Part shown: piece after piece, positions 12,400-31,055 of the stretch
Position numbering within the stretch: the stretch's first letter is position 1
How the letters are laid out: each line of letters opens with the position of its first letter
Source of the DNA: Negaprion brevirostris
Taxonomy: Eukaryota
Direction of reading: 5' to 3'
NCBI GenBank assembly: GCA_030324005.1
Contig: JARDVH010000025.1
Span: 74,705,949-74,769,948, forward strand
Length of the DNA stretch: 64,000 bases
Translations under genes and position numbers: made by a program
Notes under the pieces: model-generated
The model's input: the letters and a program-made list of their open reading frames with translations, nothing else
Told to the model about the DNA's origin: nothing
Database searches by the model: none

Positions 12400-12912
12400 A
12401 GGGAGATGGTGGCATTGTGGTAATGACACTGGGTCAGTAATCCAGAGGCCCAGGCTCTGGGGATACAAATCGCACCACAGCAGCTGGTGAAATTTAAATT
12501 CAATTTATAAAATATGGAATTGGAAGCTAATCTCAGTAAACTGTCATTGATTGTTGTAAAAATCCATCTAGTTTACTGATGCCTCCGGGAAAGAAAATCT
12601 GCCATTCTTACATGGTTTGACTTCCAGGTGACTCCATATCCACAATAATGTGGTTGACTCTTAAATACCCTCTGAAAAGGCCTCGCAAGCCACTGGGTTC
12701 AAAGNNNNNNNNNNNNNNNNNNNNNNNNNNNNNNNNNNNNNNNNNNNNNNNNNNNNNNNNNNNNNNNNNNNNNNNNNNNNNNNNNNNNNNNNNNNNNNNN
12801 NNNNTGGTTGACTCTTAAATACCCTCTGAAAAGGCCTCGCAAGCCACTGGGTTCAAAGAGGAATGGGCAACAGATGCTGGCTTTGCCACTAATGTCCACG
12901 TTCATTTTAAAA
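12400..12912 (+). mobile_element. tRNA-derived SINE (contains a gap)
   Basis: A-box tggcattgtggtaatg, degenerate B-box, body shared with 19910-20330, LINE-type tail. Confidence 0.8.
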
Positions 12913-13191
12913 ATCAGATTTCTTAATGTGAATAAAGAATGGTAGAATATTTAGCAATTTAACATCTGAGTTATTAAAAGAAAGAATGTAGGTTGAGGCA
13001 TCTTGTCTGGTTATGATCTGTGAAAATGGTGACTGAGCCAAAACCATTTTTGGCAAAGTGTGCATTTACCAGGATTTAGTTGTATCTATCAGTATTATCT
13101 TTGCACCATTTATTTATGAAAGACAAGTTAAACTTAACAGGCTGACCAATTTTTATTCTTTGCAAGTTAAACTACATTTGTCTGTTTGCAG

Positions 13192-13337
13192 GGCTCCTAG
13201 TGCTAAGGGATCTGGGGATCCAAGTGGAACGCTACATTGCATCGGAGGTCTGTGATGATTCCATCACAGTGGGTATGGTCAGACACCAGGGGAAGATCAT
13301 GTATGTGGGAGATGTTCGAAATGTTACTCGCAAACAT
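13192..13337 (+). CDS. DNMT3A: DNA (cytosine-5)-methyltransferase 3A, coding exon equivalent to human exon 17
   Basis: Acceptor tgtttgcag, donor gtacgt; 146 bp. Encodes (G)[48 protein letters not shown], near-identical to human DNMT3A. Confidence 0.97.
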
Positions 13338-13499
13338 GTACGTGAATACTTTTGAAATTAATTCCATGCACCAGAACCTGGAAGTAAATTTGATGCAGAT
13401 TAGAATTTGCTAATAAATAGATTTGGTTTTACAAGTGTATTAATAATGTTCTATTTTAATTATCTGATCCACTTTGCAGATTTTTCTATCTTTAAGGCA

Positions 13500-14800
13500 T
13501 CTATTTTTAACAAAATCTTGCACCAAGCTAAATAAGGAGATATTAGGACAAAACCAATTANNNNNNNNNNNNNNNNNNNNNTTGAAAACAGAAAATGTGG
13601 AGAATGTTCAGCAGTCCTGGCATGAGGGTAAAAATATAAAATATAGGTTATAGATAGGTCAGTGTAGGTCAGTGAGCACTGAGATGATGGATGAATGGAA
13701 TTTGGTGGGAGGGCATGGATAGCAGAGTTTAGATGATCTCAAGTTTATGCAGGGTGAAATGCCAGAAGGAGCACATTGGAATAGCCAAGTCTGGAGGTAA
13801 CAAAGACATGGAAGACTGTTTCAGCAACAGCTGAGCTATGGCAGAGTAACACACTGTCACAGAACTAGAAATAGTTGTTATTGGTGACAGTGTGACTATG
13901 TGATGAAAGCTCACCTCAAAGCCAAATATGGCACCAAAGTTGGAAATAGTCTGGTGCAGCCTCAGACATTGCCATGGGAGGAATGGAGTTGGTAGTTAGG
14001 GAACAGGTTTGTAGTACAAACCAATACTAAAAGATTCAGTATTCCCAGTAGTTAATTGGAGGAAATTTCTGCTGGTCCGGTACTGGGTGCTTGATAAGCA
14101 GTCTGGTAATTTAGTGAATATGGAAGAGTCGAGAGAAGTGGTGCTGAGCAAGAGGTGGGTGTCATCAGTGTACATGTGGAAAGTCACATTGTTTTTGAAT
14201 AATGTTGGACAGCATTAAATCAGAAATCTTATAGTGGGGAACGCAAGGGTGGATGCTTATTGTTCACAAGGGATAATGGTACAGGAGCAAGAAGAGAAGT
14301 CCTTGCTTGTGATACTTCTAGTTTTAATCAGAAAGATAAGAATGGAACTAGGCAAGTGCAGTCCCACCAAGCCCAATGATGGAAGAAAGGCATTGAGGAG
14401 GGTGATGTGGTCAGCTATGTCAGAAGTTGCATACACAATGAGAAGGATGAGTGGAGAGAGTTTGTCTTTATCATTTATGACTTTGATAAAATCTTTTTCA
14501 TTACTGTGCTTGAGGTATAAATCTAACTGGAGGGATTTAGACTTGGGGTTCTGAGAAATATGGACACCTTTTTAGAAGGCAACAACACATCTGAGGAATT
14601 TGAAAAAAAAGGGGAGGTTGATGATTGGACTTTTGTTTGCAAGGACAGTGGAATCAAGGTTTTTTTTTAAAAGAGGGATGATGGTGACAGATTTAAAAGT
14701 AAGAGGATATAGTATCAGAAGAAGCGAACCATTAACAATTTCAGCTAAGATTGCAATGAAGAAGGAAAATGAGAGATTTGAGGTAACATGATTTTAAAGG
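13500..14800 (-). mobile_element. L2 LINE RT remnant
   Basis: FHMYTDDTHLLLS...WxSRNFLQLxxGxTE (L2 HxYADDTQLYLS motif) and decayed DxSAxFDxxDH. Confidence 0.8.
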
Positions 14801-17749
14801 TGTCTCTTCAAATATAACTGGAGTTTCTGACCTTGCAAGTGTCTGCCTCAATTTTAGAGAGTAATCAGTTCAAAAACTTAGAAGTGAATTGAAATAATCA
14901 CTGCTAATTATGATACTATACCGGTGGGAGCTGGCTGATATTTCAGTATGTTCAGTCAATTCAAATAAACACTTGCAAACATTTTGCCCACATCAAACTC
15001 AGCTTGTATCTTCTCTAATGAAAGAGAAGAGTTCATATCAGGAAGGAAAACTGAAGGTTGAACACTGGCAGATTTGTGATTTGATTTTGGAAATCCAATG
15101 CAGACGAGCAGTGGTTTTGATTTAAAAAGAAACTTTATGGGTGTAGTGGTGCAACACAGGTTGGTGTTTGAATATGAAGTGCCACGGAATCGTGGCTGGT
15201 TTTTCAGATTTGAAGGATACAGAGACAAATGGAGTGGGATTTGTCCTGCTATTCCAAGACGTGCCCAGGGTGAAATTTGATAGTCCCAGGAAATAGATGC
15301 ATTTGGTGTGCATTTGGTCCACCCCTTGACAGCAATGTAGGTGTCAAGCCATTTTTCTGATGCCTCCTCACTTGAATAATCTCTGTCTGTAGTAACCACG
15401 TTTTCTGTTGGCTGGACACATCAGCAAGGGGACAATATGATTAGTGGCTTACATCGTCTAAAGCTGCCCCGCACCTTTGAAAGGGGAGGTACATTATGAT
15501 TGGCAGAGTTGGTTGAAGGACATCTCACCTGGAAAGCAGCAAAGAATAGGCTTCAAGGTTTTCTGACGCTGCACTGGATGTTTGGGTGGTGGGGGTTGAA
15601 AGGAGAGGAGGTGTCCTGAATCCGCAGGAGAGAAGGAAGCACTCGAGTTACATAATGGGAGCAGTCATTGGTGGGGCTCAAATCCTGAGGACTTAGGTGC
15701 ATTGCTGCAAGAGGTTTGAGGACCTCATACATGCATGGTCAGGTTAGAGAATGTGTTTTCAATTGTCATATTCAACCAACATCATGAGCCATGACTCAAA
15801 TCACCACACCTGCATCACTAACCTAATTACAATCAGGACTCATATTAACACCTACAGAGCAAGTACAAAGGGCTGAATGGCCTACTTCTGCTCCTAATTT
15901 GTATGTATATATGTTCCTTCTCTCGTAAGACCGTAGGAACAGAAGCAAGCCAATTGGCCCATGGAATCTGTTCTGCCATTCGATGACTGATCTGATCGGA
16001 TAATCCTCAACTCTACTTTCCTGCCTTATCCTTACAACCCTTGTTTCCCTTATTAAATATCTCAGCTTTGAATATATTTAATGACCCAGCCTCTACAGCT
16101 CTTTGTGGTAAAGAACTGCACAGATTCACCATCCCCTCAGAGATGAAATTCTTCCTCATCTCTGTTTTAAATGACTCCATTAGGACCCTTGCTGTTGCCT
16201 GCCAGTTATCCAGCCCAGATAGTTACCACCCATGCTAAGATGTTTTAGCCCGTAGAAATGTTTTCTAGGCCCAGAGATGAATGCAGTGATTTTCAACCAT
16301 CTGTAGTCTCCCCATTGAAAATCAGCAGTTTCCCACCAATCCTGCAGCAGCCACTGAAGTTTCACTGCCTGGGAGTGCCAGGACAGGTAAAGGCAGGCAT
16401 TAAGGGAATGCACAATGGTGATTAACTGACATTTGTATTCAATATGACATGCTTCGATTTACATTTGGTTTGGAATGTTTATTTTGTGTTGGGCTGTATT
16501 TTTGCACTGGGGCCAAGCAGATGTTATGATGGTTAGTGACAGAAAGAAGGTTGGGTGCGGAACTCTGAGTGAACAGGGAATTGGAGTTGCACTGAACAGT
16601 TTTGCACACATATGAGTTATTTAAGGGAAGCACAGGCAGGAAATGGCTCTCCGAGTTGCCCGCTCCCTTCCTCATTCTCTTGCTCTATGTCTTCAGGCTG
16701 CTGCTGCTTACTGTGTAGTTAGTGGTCAGGGTTTTACTTCATGGTAAAAAGGTTGTGCTGGATGCCACAAATGACTGCAAATCTTGGCTTGTATACTGTT
16801 GGGTGTAGAGCTCACCCAGAGCAGCTCTGGTAGCAGAACCATTGTTTTAGAACTCCAGTGGTCTCATAGTTTGTATGGCCACATGACCATGTGCTGTCTA
16901 ACTATTTATATGTGTGCTGCCCAAATATGCTTGGGTTGCACACTGTAGTCATCAGCCATATTATCAGTGTCCCACAGTAACCCCCTCTTGTTTGCCATGA
17001 TGGTTCAAATGCAGAATGAGGAAGAAATCATGACTGCTGCCAGGATACAGTGCAACGACTTACGTGATTCACTGCCAATGGTCACACACCAACTGGACAT
17101 TGAGAGAGTGGATCCAGTTTAGTTCCAGTTTGGTTGACATTTGGTGCCTGTAAAGCAATCAGTGTGTAGTCATTGGCACCCTATATCACGGGAAAGCCAG
17201 CAGTCCTAGCAAAGCCATATGCTTACCTTAGCTGCTGTTCTCAAAGGAGAATGAAATATAGTTAGCTATCTTGGAATGCAGAGCCTCAGTGACCTCCCTT
17301 ATGAACAGTACACAGCAAAGTGGTGAAATGTTGCAAATATCTTTAGCCCTTGACTAAAGGAGTTAAGTGGATAGAAGTTAATTGGCATGGTCACATTCCT
17401 TGGCCATTGGCAATGGGGTCAATGCTAGCTTTGAGGTTGCATTTTTGGCTGTAGCACAAAGGCGGGATTTTCCGGCTGCACACACGCACCTGAAGACTGG
17501 AAATTCCTGCCAAAACAGACCTTTAAATGGTTGGCTGAGTTTTCTGTCCTGTCTGTTACAATTCTTGCAGCAGGTAGGACAGGAAATTTTTGACCCTAAT
17601 TTCAGTGGGAACATTGTTATTAAGGCGCAGACACCTCATGCATTCTTCTTCACTGAGAATTTACCCTGAACACTGGATGTTTCTTACCTCTGGCTGAGAA
17701 CCTTTCTCCATCTCCTCCCTCTTCCAGTAACTTGTCCTGCTTTGTGTGA

Positions 17750-18150
17750 CCGCTGTTCACACAAGGAGAAATCAAGGAGAAAATAATAATCAAGGAGAAA
17801 ATAGCGAGGCGTCTTGAGGAGAATTGTTTAATAGAGCAGATGCAGCACGGTTTCATTAAAGGGAAGTCGTGTCTGACGAATTTATTGGAATTCTATGAGG
17901 ATGTGTCTAGTGCGGTGGATAGAGGNNNNNNNNNNNNNNNNNNNNNNNNNNNNNNNNNNNNNNNNNNNNNNNNNNNNNNNNNNNNNNNNNNNNNNNNNNN
18001 NNNNNNNNNNNNNNNNNNNNNNNNNAGAAGGTGGGAAAGTGGAACTGAGCCACTTCAGATCAGCCATGATCTTATTGAATGGCGGGGCAGGCTCGAAGGG
18101 CTTGATGGTCTACTCCTGCTCCTATTTCTTATGTTCTTATGTTTATGTTC
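17750..18150 (+). mobile_element. Young CR1 copy with internal 100-N gap
   Basis: QHGFIKGKSCLTNLLEFYEDVSSAVD before the gap; CR1 tail (gatcagccatgatcttattgaatggcggggcaggctcgaaggg...ttatgttc) after it. Confidence 0.9.
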
Positions 18151-18238
18151 CTATGTCCAGTCTCAAACTTATACAGAATTCCAAGGGGATACCTTGGAAT
18201 GCCCAAGGTATTGCAAAGGATTACTCCTTGGAAACCTT

Positions 18239-18812
18239 GGTCTGAATTTTTAGACTCCAAGGGGTGAGCACAGAGGCTGGCAGCCACACAATTTTACACA
18301 GCTGGCCAACAGGCTGGTTTACCTGTACCATTCCCCTTCCCTGGCCATTTTCTGAGAAATGAGAGGAGGGTGGCAGAGCTACCCATCTGCAAGTGGCAAG
18401 TAGCCAATTGAGGTTGTTTAAAGGCCTATTGTGGCCAATTGTCAGAGGCTGAATGGGAATTTCCATTCAGTCTTCAAACCCTGAAGGAATTGGGAAACAG
18501 TTCAGCTATGAGTGGCCTGCCAAAGGAAGCTCAGAGGGCCACATGACCATGTGCTGTCCAACTATTTATATGTGTGCTGCCCCTACCTGCTTGGCTTCAA
18601 GGCTCGCCAGCCTTGCTCTGTGGCTTCCCCTACCTGCTTGGCATCAGCAGCAGCTGCCCTGTTCCCCTGCCCACCTTCCTGAATTGGTCAACAAATTCAG
18701 GCCACTAATTGACCAAATCATGGTAAATCCTATTCCCCATACTGTAAAGACGTCTGGCTCCCATTTGATCCCGACATCAGGATCCCACAGCCCATAAGTA
18801 AAATTCTGCCCC
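18239..18812. mobile_element. Non-autonomous DNA element (MITE-like)
   Basis: Imperfect terminal inverted repeats ggtctgaattttta ... taaaattctgccc; no coding capacity. Confidence 0.5.
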
Positions 18813-19500
18813 CTGAAATCTGGAAAAAGTCTTTTGGCACTTTCAGATCATTCCCTGTAAAGGTTTACAACTAGAAACATCTATACAAAGCACAAAACAC
18901 TTGCAGAACTGCAACAAAAACCAGAAAAAGTCAACAAGCAACTAAACTAAGAAGTTGATGATCCTTTAAAATAGCCCTGGTGGAGGCTGTTGCTGCCATT
19001 GAATGCAAGATTAAGACAGGCTGAAGCATTGAACTCTAAATTGGGAGTACCGACAACAATCAATGTTGCACACTGATTAAGGTCATGATCTGTTTGCTCT
19101 ACATATATCCAATGGTAAATTCATAGTGTGCACACCAACCTTGTACCAAAATGACATCCTGTGTGTTTCATTTCACAAGTGTACGCACACCACAGTGGGC
19201 ACCATTGGAAACGCCAAAGACACTCGTAGCCTCCAGAAAAACGACTTCTCATCCATCATGTCTGAACATCAGTTCTGTGACGTTGTAGGAGCAATTTTTA
19301 TTTAGTTAGTCTGTGTTATAACACCTGAAAATCTTTATATTCAAAATAAAGCAGGGGCCAGAAAATGGTTAAGTGGTCATACAACACCAGAGATTTTCAG
19401 TTTAGTCAGCTACTGTAAATTAAGTTACGGTTTGGCTGTGGTATTTAGTGACAGCGCAGTAACTGTGACTTAAAATTGTGTCAATTTTTTTTCCCTATAG

Positions 19501-19596
<96 letters not shown>

Positions 19597-19909
19597 TGAA
19601 TTGTATCATTGCTACTATTCCCATTTTCCAGCTGATTCTTCACCCGGTTGTTTAACTTCATCACTATTCCATCATTCCACTCCTGACACCACAAAATCTC
19701 CTTCAATTTGCTGACTGCAATGATTCATTTTTCAATTTAAATAACTCTGTCGTGGCCCAATGAAACAGATTTTTTTTCTTCGTTTGTGTATTTTCTTCAC
19801 TTACTAAATGGAGAAGAGGCTTTGATCCTCTAATCAACCTCTCAGGTGATTAGGATTTGTACCAAATCCCCGAGGTGAAAGAGCAACTGTTTAACCAAAT
19901 GTGTCACCA

Positions 19910-20330
19910 GGGAGGCAATGGCCTAGTCGTATTATTGCTAGATTATTAATCAGAAACTCAGTTAATATTCTGGGGACTCGGGTTTGAAAGCCCCCACAAC
20001 AGATGGTGGAATTTGAATTCAACAAAAAATAATCTGGAGTTAAGAATCTACTAATGACAATGAAACTGTTGTTGATTGTTGGAAAAACCCATCTGGTTCA
20101 CTAATGTTCTTTAGGGAAGGAAATCTGCTGTCCTTACCTAGTCTGGCCCACATGTGAATCCAGAGCCACGGCAATGTAGTTGATTCTCAACTGTCCTCTG
20201 AAATGGCCAAGCAAAGCACTCAGTGGTATCAATTGCAAGAAGGCAATACCTTTTCAAGGGCAACAAGGGATAGGCAATAAATGATGGTCAGCCAGCGACA
20301 TCCATATCCCATGATTGAATTTTTAAAAAG
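19910..20330 (+). mobile_element. tRNA-derived SINE, near full length
   Basis: A-box tggcctagtcgta, B-box ggtttgaaagccc, and 3' tail caagggcaacaagggataggcaataaatgatggtcagccagcgacatccatatcccatgattgaat. Confidence 0.85.
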
Positions 20331-20714
20331 TTTTATTGCAAATTAATTTTACTGTGATGGAAACATCCAGCTGCAGACGGTTGTTTCAAAGCTCTGTTGT
20401 GTTGAACACATATAAATAAACAACTATTTAAGTTTTTAAAAATCTACATTGCCAAAAAATGATCATTTGATACTTTTTCCTTTAATTTCTGCCTCCTTGT
20501 AAGGGGGAAAAAAAACACTGTTTCTATGCTCTGTTGGTTACATTATGTTCTGTAAAGTATACAGACACAATAATGACCCAGAATACTGTTAGCATCTTGC
20601 TTATTTCAGATAAAAAATAGCAACAAAGAATTTTCTGAGCTGAAGATTTCAGAAAGCACAATGATAAATCACATGCTTTCAATTTGGATAAATCTACTAT
20701 CCTGGTCTTAATTA

Positions 20715-23700
20715 CTGGGGGCTAAATTTAGTTGAATGGGGGGGTGGGGATTGCAAATGGGTATTGAATTATGTGCTTTGCTTCCAATGCAGGCAGCATG
20801 CCACCTTCTTACTGTTTGCCATAATTTCAGCATTTAGCCAGTGCTAACCACATTGTTGAATGGCTGCACACCTCATTGTGATTAACATTGTGAAAGACGA
20901 GCACCAGTTAAAGGTAGTCTGTACTACTTAATTACAGTCTGAAACTCTTAACATGGACTGGAACATGACCATTGTGATGGAGCAGGAGCTGGAAAATGTT
21001 CTGTAATTGATTCTGACCTGGGAAGGATAGACAAATGACACAACATGCCAGACAGCTGAAGCCAAGGATTCTGATGCTGCACTGGAGGCCTTAGTCAAAA
21101 TTGTATATTGGAGGAGAGATGTGCTTTATCAGAGGGAGCCAGAGGATCTTCAGAACAGAATTTCAACAAATGGTGGAACCAGATAGCTGTAGCAATCAAT
21201 ACCAGGGGTCAAGATGCAGTACCACAAGATGTATAATGACTTTAAGTGAGAAATGAAGGCAAGTGGACGCATCTTCAAATAGCACATCAACTGCATCACT
21301 AATCTCAGACACTTCTCAAATCACCTAACCTCAGCATTCACCTACCAACAATTTCTATCAACTGTAACTCATGCCTGATGTTTTTCTCGCCCTCGCACAC
21401 TTAACATTAACAAAACCCCCACAGCCATATCTCACAACTTGCACACGCTGTCAGCTTTCAACCGTAACCATCACATCATCCAAACAAATCACACAGCACA
21501 CACTGACTCATTTCCCTCCCTCTTGCAGGACAAGATGGTAAATAACTGGGTGCAGTATGCAAAAGGTCTAAACTTTCAGTGGACAGGGAAGGCTGCATGC
21601 CCTTACGGCAGTGGAGGGGGTGGTGTTCGCCATCATTAGAATGGCCATTATTGAAGCCTTGATCAATGGCAGAACTGAAACAATCGAAGATGACAAAATC
21701 CACCTCCTCACCTTTCCCTAATTTCTCCATCAACTCACAATCTCTCCTAATTTAGAAGCTGCAGATGGTTTAGTCATTAACGTTTTTCTTCCTTCCTCAC
21801 CACACACTCACATTGTGGTGGGAACCGCTTCAAGATACATAGGAACTAAAGCCTAGCCAATAGCAGATGGAAACACTAAACGACGACAATGATGAGAAAT
21901 GTTACATTTGCATCCACCAGTCAGATACGAATTTAGAGGAAAAATATGCACCTAGTCAGACACAGTGGCCTACAGCCAGGGCCTGGAGGATCGAGCAGGT
22001 GTTAGCACCCCAGAGGGGTGATTGGAAATGAATTCTGCGGCAGAGGAGTCAGTTGAGCATTTCGATGGGATCATCTGCAGAAGAAGGCTAATGAGTGTGC
22101 ACAATGAAAGGCTTAGTGAACTGGGAAGCTTGTTTAAAAGTCTGCATGTAATATGAAGGAGTATGGATAAAACTGGCCCAGCTTGGGCAGAGCTTGGAGC
22201 CCAACCATTCTGGCATGGAAGTGGTGGTCAACTGAATTATTGCAATGGTGGAACCAATCGTGATGCAGCACTTGATGGCCAATTTCTCTGGTTCCATTGC
22301 GTCAAACAGCAGCCACCCAAAGTCTGAGTACTGCAGTGGAAGCCCAGACTAAAGGCATGCAAGCTCAGGCGGCTGCTACCATGGCTGTGGATTGCAATGG
22401 TGACAGGGACCTAGCAGTTTGACCTGTAACAGATTGCTCGGATAGCTGAAATGTCACTCCCAGTTAGGGTAGTGGCTCAATGGAGTATCATCACCCTGCT
22501 GTCCTTTATCAGGAGGACAACATCCTTCCTTCCACCACTGCCACAAGACCAGAGCTCTGACTGTTCTCTGTCAACCAGCCAACCCAGGCTGCTGCTGCAT
22601 AAGCTAAGATGTCATAGTCTAATAAATGGCCTTCTAGGTCCAGAGCTGCTCAAGGTGATCCTCCACATCCATCTGCCCTCTCTCCTACTGACATGAGGTA
22701 GCATCCACCAGACATGAGGTAGCTGCTGCGATAGCACTGCACTAGAGTGATGGACATGGCACATGGAAAACAGGCATTAAGGTTATGCACAAGGGTGTTT
22801 ATTTGCCGTTTACATGCCATGCACCATGCTTTCATTTGCAAATTTAGTTTGGAATGTTTATTTTGTGCAGTGTGGTGAACAAAGAACAAAGAACAACCCA
22901 GCACGGGAAACAGGCCCTTCGGCCCAACGAGCCCGTGCTGCCATCACCCTACACCTATTCTACCCTGCGTGTCTACGAATGGAACCCCTTCCTTAGCCAG
23001 ATTCAGGGGAGATNNNNNNNNNNNNNNNNNNNNNNNNNNNNNNNNNNNNNNNNNNNNNNNNNNNNNNNNNNNNNNNNNNNNNNNNNNNNNNNNNNNNNNN
23101 NNNNNNNNNNNNNTTTTCTACCAGCCTACCATGAGGGACTTTGTCAAACGCCTTACTGAAATCCATATAGATGACATCAACGGCTCTCCCGTCGTCAACC
23201 GTTTTTGTCACCTCCTCAAAGAATTCCACAAGATTCGTAAGGCAAGACCTCCCTCTAACAAGTGGACACTCTGATAGTCAGTCATTAACATAGGGAAGGT
23301 AAACCATGAAACTGATGGTGAATGGGGAATTGCAATAAAATTCATTGATATCACAACTTCGGAAGCTGTTTACAGGAAGCATCCTTCCTTGTCAACCTCA
23401 CATAGCAAATGCAAAGGCTGGTCTCTCATGATGACCAAGTTTGTGTAGCATATAGTTGATGCTATAAATCTGAGCATTGTGAGGCTCTTCCCGAGTGGCC
23501 AAGGCAGTGCCTGAGTACGCTTCTCTATCTTATTTTGTGTGGTAGCACAGCTTTCATTGAATGCATGCTACCTGGGAAGTGTGGCTTATGCACAATAATC
23601 ACGAGCCATGTTGTCAGTGGATAGCCGTTGCCAACAAGTAGTAGCGCCATGTTGGCTAAAATTGTAGCTGACACACTGGACTTCCTCAGAGTGAAGATAT

Positions 23701-24130
23701 GATGATTGCTACCAGGATACTGGACATTGATTTGCATGATTTGCTGCATATGGTCACGCAGCAGCTGGATATTGAGGGAGTGGAAGTCCTTTCGGTTCTG
23801 ATGCGTCTGAGAGATGACATGCAGTGTCTGTGTTCAAATTCAACCTGCACCATGGAAAGCCAGCAAACCTTGTGAAACCACATATCTGCTCTTTTTGAAT
23901 AGAGTGTCAGTGAATTATTTTACACAACAATGCAGGATGTTACAAAAGTCTCCAGCTCCAGCCTCATGGAACTGAACAGGTAAATGTTCCCAACCATACT
24001 CAAGCAGTGTTTGCCCTGATGCTGCAGTTATGGATGCTGCAGGTGACAGGTTTCAGTGGGGATCTTTTTGCTGAAGCACAGACGTTTCACACAGTGTTCA
24101 ACCTTTTATCATCTGGCCAAAATTCTCCAT
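20715..24130. mobile_element. Degenerate PIF/Harbinger transposon (Myb/SANT gene on +, DDE transposase on -)
   Basis: + strand at ~21070-21250: DAALEALV...RRDVL...WNQIA...QxxKxYND. - strand at ~23450-24050: YPGSxHxxFxLRxS...GNGYPLTTWL (HARBI1-type GDxGYPL). A CR1 is inserted at 22875-23260. Confidence 0.7.
22875..23260 (-). mobile_element. Young CR1 copy with internal gap
   Basis: EFFEEVTKTVDDGRAVDVIYMDFSKAFDKVPHGRLVE; tail aacaaagaacaaagaac on +. Confidence 0.9.
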
Positions 24131-25699
24131 GACCTCTGTGCCAAATGGGACAATAGAATTTGAACTAGCAACTGCAATTGAAACTTTGGCCTCTGTGGGG
24201 AGGGGAGGAGGGGCACTTGTGTTTGGGTTGAGGAGAGAATCTCAGAAATACTGGGAACATGAAGGTCCTACCAACTGAACAGCAGGAGCTCAGCATCAGT
24301 GCTTTACTCAGTTTCCCAGCTCAATTCACAAGCTGACTGGCTTCCAGGCAGGAAAGCCCACAGCAGATGTGTACAGCCAGCAGTCTCTGGCATCCAGGTT
24401 TTATGGTGGGATTGGTAGAGAGGCAATTGGACTAGCAACACGGAGAGAGGGGGAAAATTGGAGTGACTGCAGAGTGAGTGTTGGACGGGAAATCAGGAGA
24501 AGCTCCAGCAACTAGAAAACATTTGGAGCCAACGTAGAGAATTAGATTTGGGAATAAAAGAGTTGCAAGGAGAGATTACAGTGTTGGTGGGAAGTGGAGT
24601 CAAAGAACTGGGAGAGACTGTGGGGCTGGGATGGAGATGTTCAAAGCAGCAATCCAGAGGGGTGGACCAGTAGGGATAATGGGATTGGAGCTTTGTTGGG
24701 TGTTGACTACGGCAGGAAGATTGATTGAAAATCCCAGGGTTATCGTTCCTGCTACTCCTGGCATATAAGCAGTGCTTTGAAAAGCACTGAACTGCATCAT
24801 TTAGCTGCCCCTGCGTCCCTTTCACTGATGATTTACTGGACTCTAGGAAACCCGACTGGCCAAAGTTACATTTAAATAATTGCAAAATTCTGAGGAACAG
24901 AGCCTTTTTAAAATATAATCACAGAACCAGGCCTTCAGCTTGAGTTACACCCTAAGCTGTTCATCTAGAAGGAACTCTTCCGGTGAAGACAATAAAAATA
25001 TAACAAAACTTATTCCAACTCATAAATCAAAGAAAACATTTAATAAAGAATCTTCATTACTCCAAACTTGAGACCTCACCCTGGACCATTCCAAGCAATT
25101 TAACAATTCCCTACAGGTTCTTATTTATATTGGGTCAACTTGTTAGTTGATCATTACATCATTCTGTCATTGGTTACATGGTTTACTGGGTCAGCTGACC
25201 CTTACAACATGTTACCATTGGTCACATTACAACAGATCCAATGTTCTCACTGGTTACATTCTAACACTCTAACAAAGTCAGTTGTTTTGTCGAACTATAG
25301 ACTCCAAACTGTAGTAACAAAGTTTTTTGTTATTTAACCCACTGTCAATGACCAGTATAGTTACCAATTCGACTGAATAATTATAGAGTCATTGCAGTAC
25401 AGAAGGAGGCCATTTGATCCATCAGATCTATGCTGGTTCTCTGTGGAGCAATCCTGTGTCAGCCCCATTTCAGAGTCCCCCACGTTTAATACTTTCACGT
25501 GCCCATCCAGTTTCCGGCTGAAACCCTGACAGTCTTTGCTTGCATCGCCCTCACATACAGCAAGGTCCCATCAGTACCATTCACTGATTTGAGTCTTCCT
25601 CACATCCACTCTGTATGACTTGCCCTAAATCTTAAATGCCCCCAGTTCTTGTATCATCAGCTGAAGGGGACAAGCTTAAACAGACAACTGCTATTTTAG

Positions 25700-29727
<4,028 letters not shown>

Positions 29728-31055
29728 TAATTTTCATGCCAATGGATCTGGGTTATATTGCAAATCATTCATAATAAATGCACAATGATAAGGTTGGAGA
29801 TCTAGTCTCTCTTGGGTATCTTGCATATGATGCTGCATTACAGAGTTAAGGGAGTGTCCCAGCTTCTCACCTTCTTAGCAATTGTATCGTCCTATAGAAA
29901 GACATTGAAGAGACAAATCAGAGGCAGAAAGAGTGGATATGATTTATTATCTGTGCTTTATGCAAATAGAAGGAATGATATTATTCATTTCTAAATATAT
30001 CTTGTCAAATCTCAAGTCTTTTTCCATTGCCAGCATTCCATTGCTCGCATTCTGTTCCAATCAGAATGGATACATTCTAACTGTGATCTCATGATGATCT
30101 AAGATGTGTGAGGAAATGAAATCAGTTTCCTTATCTTTCTGAAGTCAAAAATCACCAAAGGAAAACAAGAATCAAAAAAATCGATCAAGCAAATAATAGC
30201 TTGAATGATCTGTGGGCGTAGAAAAAGAAATACCATATAGCCAAAGAATCCCTACAGTGCAGAAGGAGGTCATTCAGCGAATTGAGTATGCACCAACTCT
30301 GCAAAAGAGCCTCTGAGAATGTGTCTAATTAGATGGATTCGTGTTTCTTAGATGATTTCTTTATGTATCATTAGATGGGGAATAAAACTGCCCTCATTTT
30401 GCCAAGTTTTACTTATATTGGAATCGGATCATACAGGATAACTTGCATGCCAAGCAGTGGCAGCAACATGTGCTAGACAGAGCTAAGCAATCGCACAAAC
30501 AGTGGACCAGATCAAAGCTCTGCAGTCCTGTCACACAAACAGTCATGAATTGTGGTGGGCAACTAAACAACTTTCTCCTTTTGATATGCACTCATTAATA
30601 TTCACTAAGCATTGTTTCAAGACTGTGATTCCATTTCCATCAATAGCCACTGCATTACATGACAGGAAAAGCCAGCAGTGAAAATGGCAAGCTACAACTC
30701 TCTTCTGCCTGAGTTGATACTTAGCCACAAAATAAGAACATTCCTGTCAAGGGATAATGTTGTAAATTCACACTTCTGGCATTGACCTTTGTCAGCAAGG
30801 AGTGTTAGTTGGGAATGCAGGTGCATGCATCTTGTGATGGATTGAAAGTCACGGGGACAGCATGCCAGCATTCTCATTACATTCCAACTGACAAATCGCA
30901 ATGCACAAATTTATACATGTCCTTGATAATTTTAAAGCAGATGATTGGGGAGTTGGGCTAGGGGAGTAGCATGACAGAAGATTCAATTCAAATCATAATA
31001 TCATAATCCAGATTCATGAAATTAATAAACTCATCCTTCCCTCTTTTTTTGCCAG

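Noticed and set aside
12650-12858. Exact ~54-bp direct repeat flanking a gap inside a SINE
   Set aside because: Same unmerged contig-overlap artifact.
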